A DNA stretch of 64,000 nt from Amphiscolops sp. MND2022 (lineage: Eukaryota). Both the position numbers and the translations under genes were made by a program. Below the pieces are notes generated by a model that worked only from the letters and a program-made list of their open reading frames with translations, was not told where the DNA came from and searched no databases. Each line of letters begins with the position of its first letter. Position 1 is the first letter of the stretch. The stretch covers positions 64,542,001 to 64,606,000 of the forward strand of contig OZ076409.1 of NCBI GenBank assembly GCA_964187785.1, given 5' to 3'. Shown here in pieces: positions 60,330-64,000 of this stretch.

Positions 60330-61110
60330 AACAAGCCGGGAACGGCCCAAGTCGGCGCCATATCTAAGGCTCAAAAATAACAAAAGTACTTCAAAGTGTC
60401 AAGTATTCTCTTCTACAGTACCCGTTTGAGGAAAAATTGAAAAAAAATCCGACTTTTTTGAAATTTTTTTGAAATCCGATTTTTTTTGAAAAATCAGATT
60501 TTTTGAAAAAATTTTGGTCATGGCGGGACTCGAACCCATGTCATTCTGCTTGTCAGACCTCGAAAAAGCCGTAGTGGCCAAGTGGCAGTGAAGTAGTGTG
60601 ACACAGTTTAGTTAGTGCCGGTTTAGTGCCAACTTATAAAATTTATAAAATCTGTCAGTTCGTTGGTCTTAAAAAAAAGTCACTACTATAGTCTGCGTTT
60701 TTCTTCGAAAAGCGCCGACTAAAAAAAGTCACTACTATAGTCTGCGTTTTCGAAAAGCGCCGACTAAAAAACCGGGAACGGCATAAGTTTAACGCTCAAA
60801 AATAGCAAAAGGACTTCGAAGCGTAAAGTATTCTCTTCGATAGAATTCGGAAAACCCTAAAGGTGACCCTTCAGTCTCGTCCGGTATTGTATGTTACACT
60901 AAAAAAGGAACAACTATTATAGTTCAGTTCCTTGGTCCAAATGGCATAATTTGGTCCCTTAAAATTTTGTAGAACTTTGTGTAACTATTTTGGTCAGTTG
61001 ATATGGATTGATAAAAGTCAATAATATATTCGCATTTCACTTCATGAAGCGCCGACTAAAAATGAGTCACTATAAAAGGCGCGTTTCACTTCATGAAGCT
61101 CCGACTAAAT
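60330..61110 (-). mobile_element. Head-to-tail family A dimer with multiplied tails and tRNA-like module at 60515-60560
   Basis: Heads at 60330 and 60771 (truncated); tails ending about 60727, 60770, 61062 and 61110. Confidence 0.75.
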
Positions 61111-61236
61111 ATCCGGGGAAAAGAAAAGTATCATTTGAATTCAGTAATTTTTCATTACAAATCCCAGTGGCTGCGAGGTCGTTTATGACAATCCGTGGCA
61201 TTAGGACAACAATAAGTTATGGTTCTCATGGAAATG

Positions 61237-61622
61237 TGTCAGTGACTGTGGTCGAGCGGCTGATCTGATTTTGTTTTAGAGACATTTTTAGTTTTGTAGA
61301 ACTTGTTTTATTCGAATGCTTAATTGGGTAACTTCTCCTTTGCTCAATTCTCTAACTTTTAGAAAGAATACAATTTTGGGTAGAAAGATTTGTTTTATTG
61401 TAGCGATAAAGAAAGTTAGATTATGATGAGATTAATTTAATTTAGTACAGTTTAGTTAGTACAACAAGTTCTCGGTCTGTCCGTTTTACTGATCCGCTCG
61501 TCCACCTTCTTCTTTGGTCCAGCGTGTTGAGTTGTGATTGGCTGGCATTGTGATTGGTTGTCATCTGTACTTCAACGAAATTTTGTTGTTAATGTACACT
61601 TGTCCATGACGTTCTCATGACA
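61237..61622 (-). repeat. 3' LTR (~386 bp) of the env-bearing element
   Basis: On the minus strand: purine tract AAAAGCGGGGAG (61634-61623) directly followed by TGTCA, AATAAA signals inside, and a TGACA end at 61237. The second LTR is not in the window, so the far boundary is inferred. Confidence 0.7.
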
Positions 61623-62523
61623 CTCCCCGCTTTTAAGAAGAGGGAATGTCCCGGGTAGTTGAAGTGTTTCAGGTGGTGATGACGAGGCGGCGACATAAAA
61701 CAGAAGAACGATTAATCTACCGAAGTTAACCAAGCAAAGCCTACACAGATGCCCAAAAAAGAAGTTACATATGACATAGAGAAGTAAAGTTAGAAGAAGC
61801 CTCAAAAAGAAGAGAGCAAGACAAAGGTCCTGCATGATAACATGAAGTGCGATGCATGAAAAGGCGAAAAAAAGGCCAGTTACAATAGAAGGCCAGTGAA
61901 GCAGAAAGGGTGGCTTATTGACACAAGCAAAAGCCTGGCGATAAAAGCGTGTGGTTAGTGACTGTATTGTTGAAAGAGCAAATATTTTAACACGAGTAGA
62001 CCGGATGGTCAAAAGAGCGGCACGTGTCAACGCGCGCACTACTCAAATTGTTTGTTTGACATTACAGATAAAGGAGTGAATGCTATGTTTGCTAGAGGAA
62101 ACGTGTGCGGGCAAAGTACACAAAAAGGGGCGAAGAGCAAGAAACAATCTATTTGCCAAAGTATGCAGTGAAAGAAAAGTATGTTGCGGTTATCCAGATA
62201 ATGATGAAAAATTAAATATGAAAATGTACGTGTAAACAGCAGCAGCAATCTCGGAACAAACATTATTCAAGAAAAACACATATGAAGGATGGCAGCAACT
62301 GACTGTGACTCAGCCAGCTACTCAAGGAAGTTGTGGCGCATTCTTCCAATTAAGGAACTGTAGAGGTACAATATACAAAAGGTACCGTAGCAACGAGGCA
62401 CACAAAGTTCCTAGTCCTAAGAAGGAAGGAGAGTGACCTTTACAGGAAAGATCTCAAAAATGCCGTTCGGCATAACGAGGGCGGGGCGGTGGAGGGTCAG
62501 GTTGCAGAGCTAGAAAGCACCTG

Positions 62524-64000
62524 TCACGCCAAACAAAAGTCATCATCGCGTAAGCATGGAATGTGTTCGGCGGGAACATGAAAAGTTGGTTGGAGTGTAA
62601 TTTTATGAGTTGGTTTATTTTCCTTAGCTTTCAGGAGATGAGTAAATGGCATGAATTTATGTAAGCTATGGTAGCGATGAAACAAGTACATAAAAAGCAA
62701 ATGTAACAGCATAGATATTATGAAGCTACCAAGTCCAAGTATGATAGTCATCTTCAGGGTGGACGTTTGTGCGAGTCTTGCTTGTATGGGCTGTTCTAGT
62801 TCAACCATCTGCATTGCAATGGGCTCAGCCAGAGCGCGAAGAGCTTCTGGGCTTTGGGCAGAAGTCGTCGGCAAGTATTTAATCTCTTGCTTCATGGTTC
62901 TGAGAAGATCCAAATTAGCAGACGATTTGGTGTTGTATGATGGCAATTTGTCCAAAGGCGGCAAGGTACTGAGAATGTTGGCCAATGGAGTCGGAAGATC
63001 GACATGGATTTTAATAGACGGCATCTGAGAACACGTTTGGAGATCAGACCGAATGTACACATTAGGTCCACGAATTTGGCGGCCACAGGCGAGTGTGAGA
63101 ATGCATATACGGCAGCCCGGGTAGACATTTGTGGAGAGGTGCGTAGTGTCGTTAAGGTCTGACTCACGAAGCTCAAAGTCAGGCGAAGCAGAAAGGATGA
63201 GCCAAATTCCAACTTCAAATTAAGGGCTCGTTCGGAAACCGGCAAAGCATCGGGTCGGAAGTCACAGAACTTCATGGCTTGTACTAAGTTCCCAAAGAAC
63301 AAAAGGGAAAGACATGAGGACCAAAGACCTTCTGTCGCTAAGCCATGATGACAGATACTATATCGGGTGGAGCCAATACAACGTGTTAAATCCAAGCTAG
63401 AAATGAGAGCAATCTCTACCATCCTCTGAAACGGCCAAAAAATCCGCTTCTAGATCCCAAATCATGGCATCGTCAGCGTCGGCTTGTGGCATCGGGATCG
63501 GGATTGCTTCATAGAGGGTCATGACGGTTTGTCGAGATGCCAAAGGAATTGACATCGTTAGGAGAAGGCCCTCTGGAAGAGCAACGACGTCCTGCAATAA
63601 TCTCGCCTCATAATAAGACAAAGCTTCATGCGGCGGTATCGCTAACTTCAAGCGATCCAGGGCTTTGTTTTGGATGGATTGTACCACTGAAATGACCTCA
63701 TCAAGAGAAGCACGATCCAGCAAAGACATGGGAATGTATTGGTTCAGGAGAGCCGGGATGCTGTTGAGGAGGTTGAGCCGGTAAGCAAACAGGGCAGCAC
63801 GATATGACTTGACATTGGAGTAAAACAAAGACAGAAGTGAGGCAATCGTGTCAAAGTTGAAATTTATCTGTTGACGCGTGAAGAGGAATTGGTCACAGTT
63901 CCTCATCACGTGGATGTCATCCCGAAAGGAGGCCATCTGTTGAGTGATGACACGCCAATTGTCATTTTGGATTTCAGCCATCTGCTGCTGTAACTCACGG
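62524..64000 (-). pseudogene. Envelope-like glycoprotein of an LTR retroelement, with two frameshifts; 5' part beyond the window
   Basis: Three overlapping frames join into one protein: helical region, Cys-rich segment (CIGSTRYSICH, SSCLSLL, GCRICILTLACG), and a C-terminal TM helix TIILGLGSFIISMLLHLLFMYLF. It lies upstream of the PPT and LTR. Confidence 0.75.

Noticed and set aside
60568-60590. Perfect A-box TGGCCAAGTGG on the plus strand
   Set aside because: It points away from the nearby B-box and is part of an AAGTGGCAG microrepeat seen in other copies, so it is probably coincidental.
61221-61231. GGTTCTCATGG resembling the LTR terminus
   Set aside because: Same orientation as the other end rather than inverted, so it is not a TIR; the TGTCA at 61237 fits better.

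Overview
This is an AT-rich eukaryotic window (spliceosomal introns, very dense transposons); the host cannot be identified from sequence alone. Well-supported content: (1) an intact, very young Ty1/Copia LTR retrotransposon (10207-15101) with identical 142-bp LTRs, a CTTTT target-site duplication (TSD) and one gag-pol ORF; (2) a four-exon calmodulin/troponin-C-like EF-hand gene on the minus strand (46424-41524) with a probable ~78-aa N-terminal extension; (3) a nested stack of hAT elements (47858-51963) carrying two different decayed transposases; (4) the 3' end of an LTR element with an envelope-like gene (61237-64000, minus); (5) several TSD-verified MITEs; (6) about 20 copies of two non-autonomous families with DINE-1/HINE (Helentron/Helitron2-type) architecture. 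The most unusual signal is that the main HINE-like family repeatedly carries degenerate tRNA-like Pol III modules, co-oriented in every copy that could be checked and apparently from more than one tRNA type, while its terminal hairpins show compensatory base changes. Several host exons that the ORF track misses or mis-delimits can be read from splice signals. Family assignments rest on recalled motifs; no searches were run.
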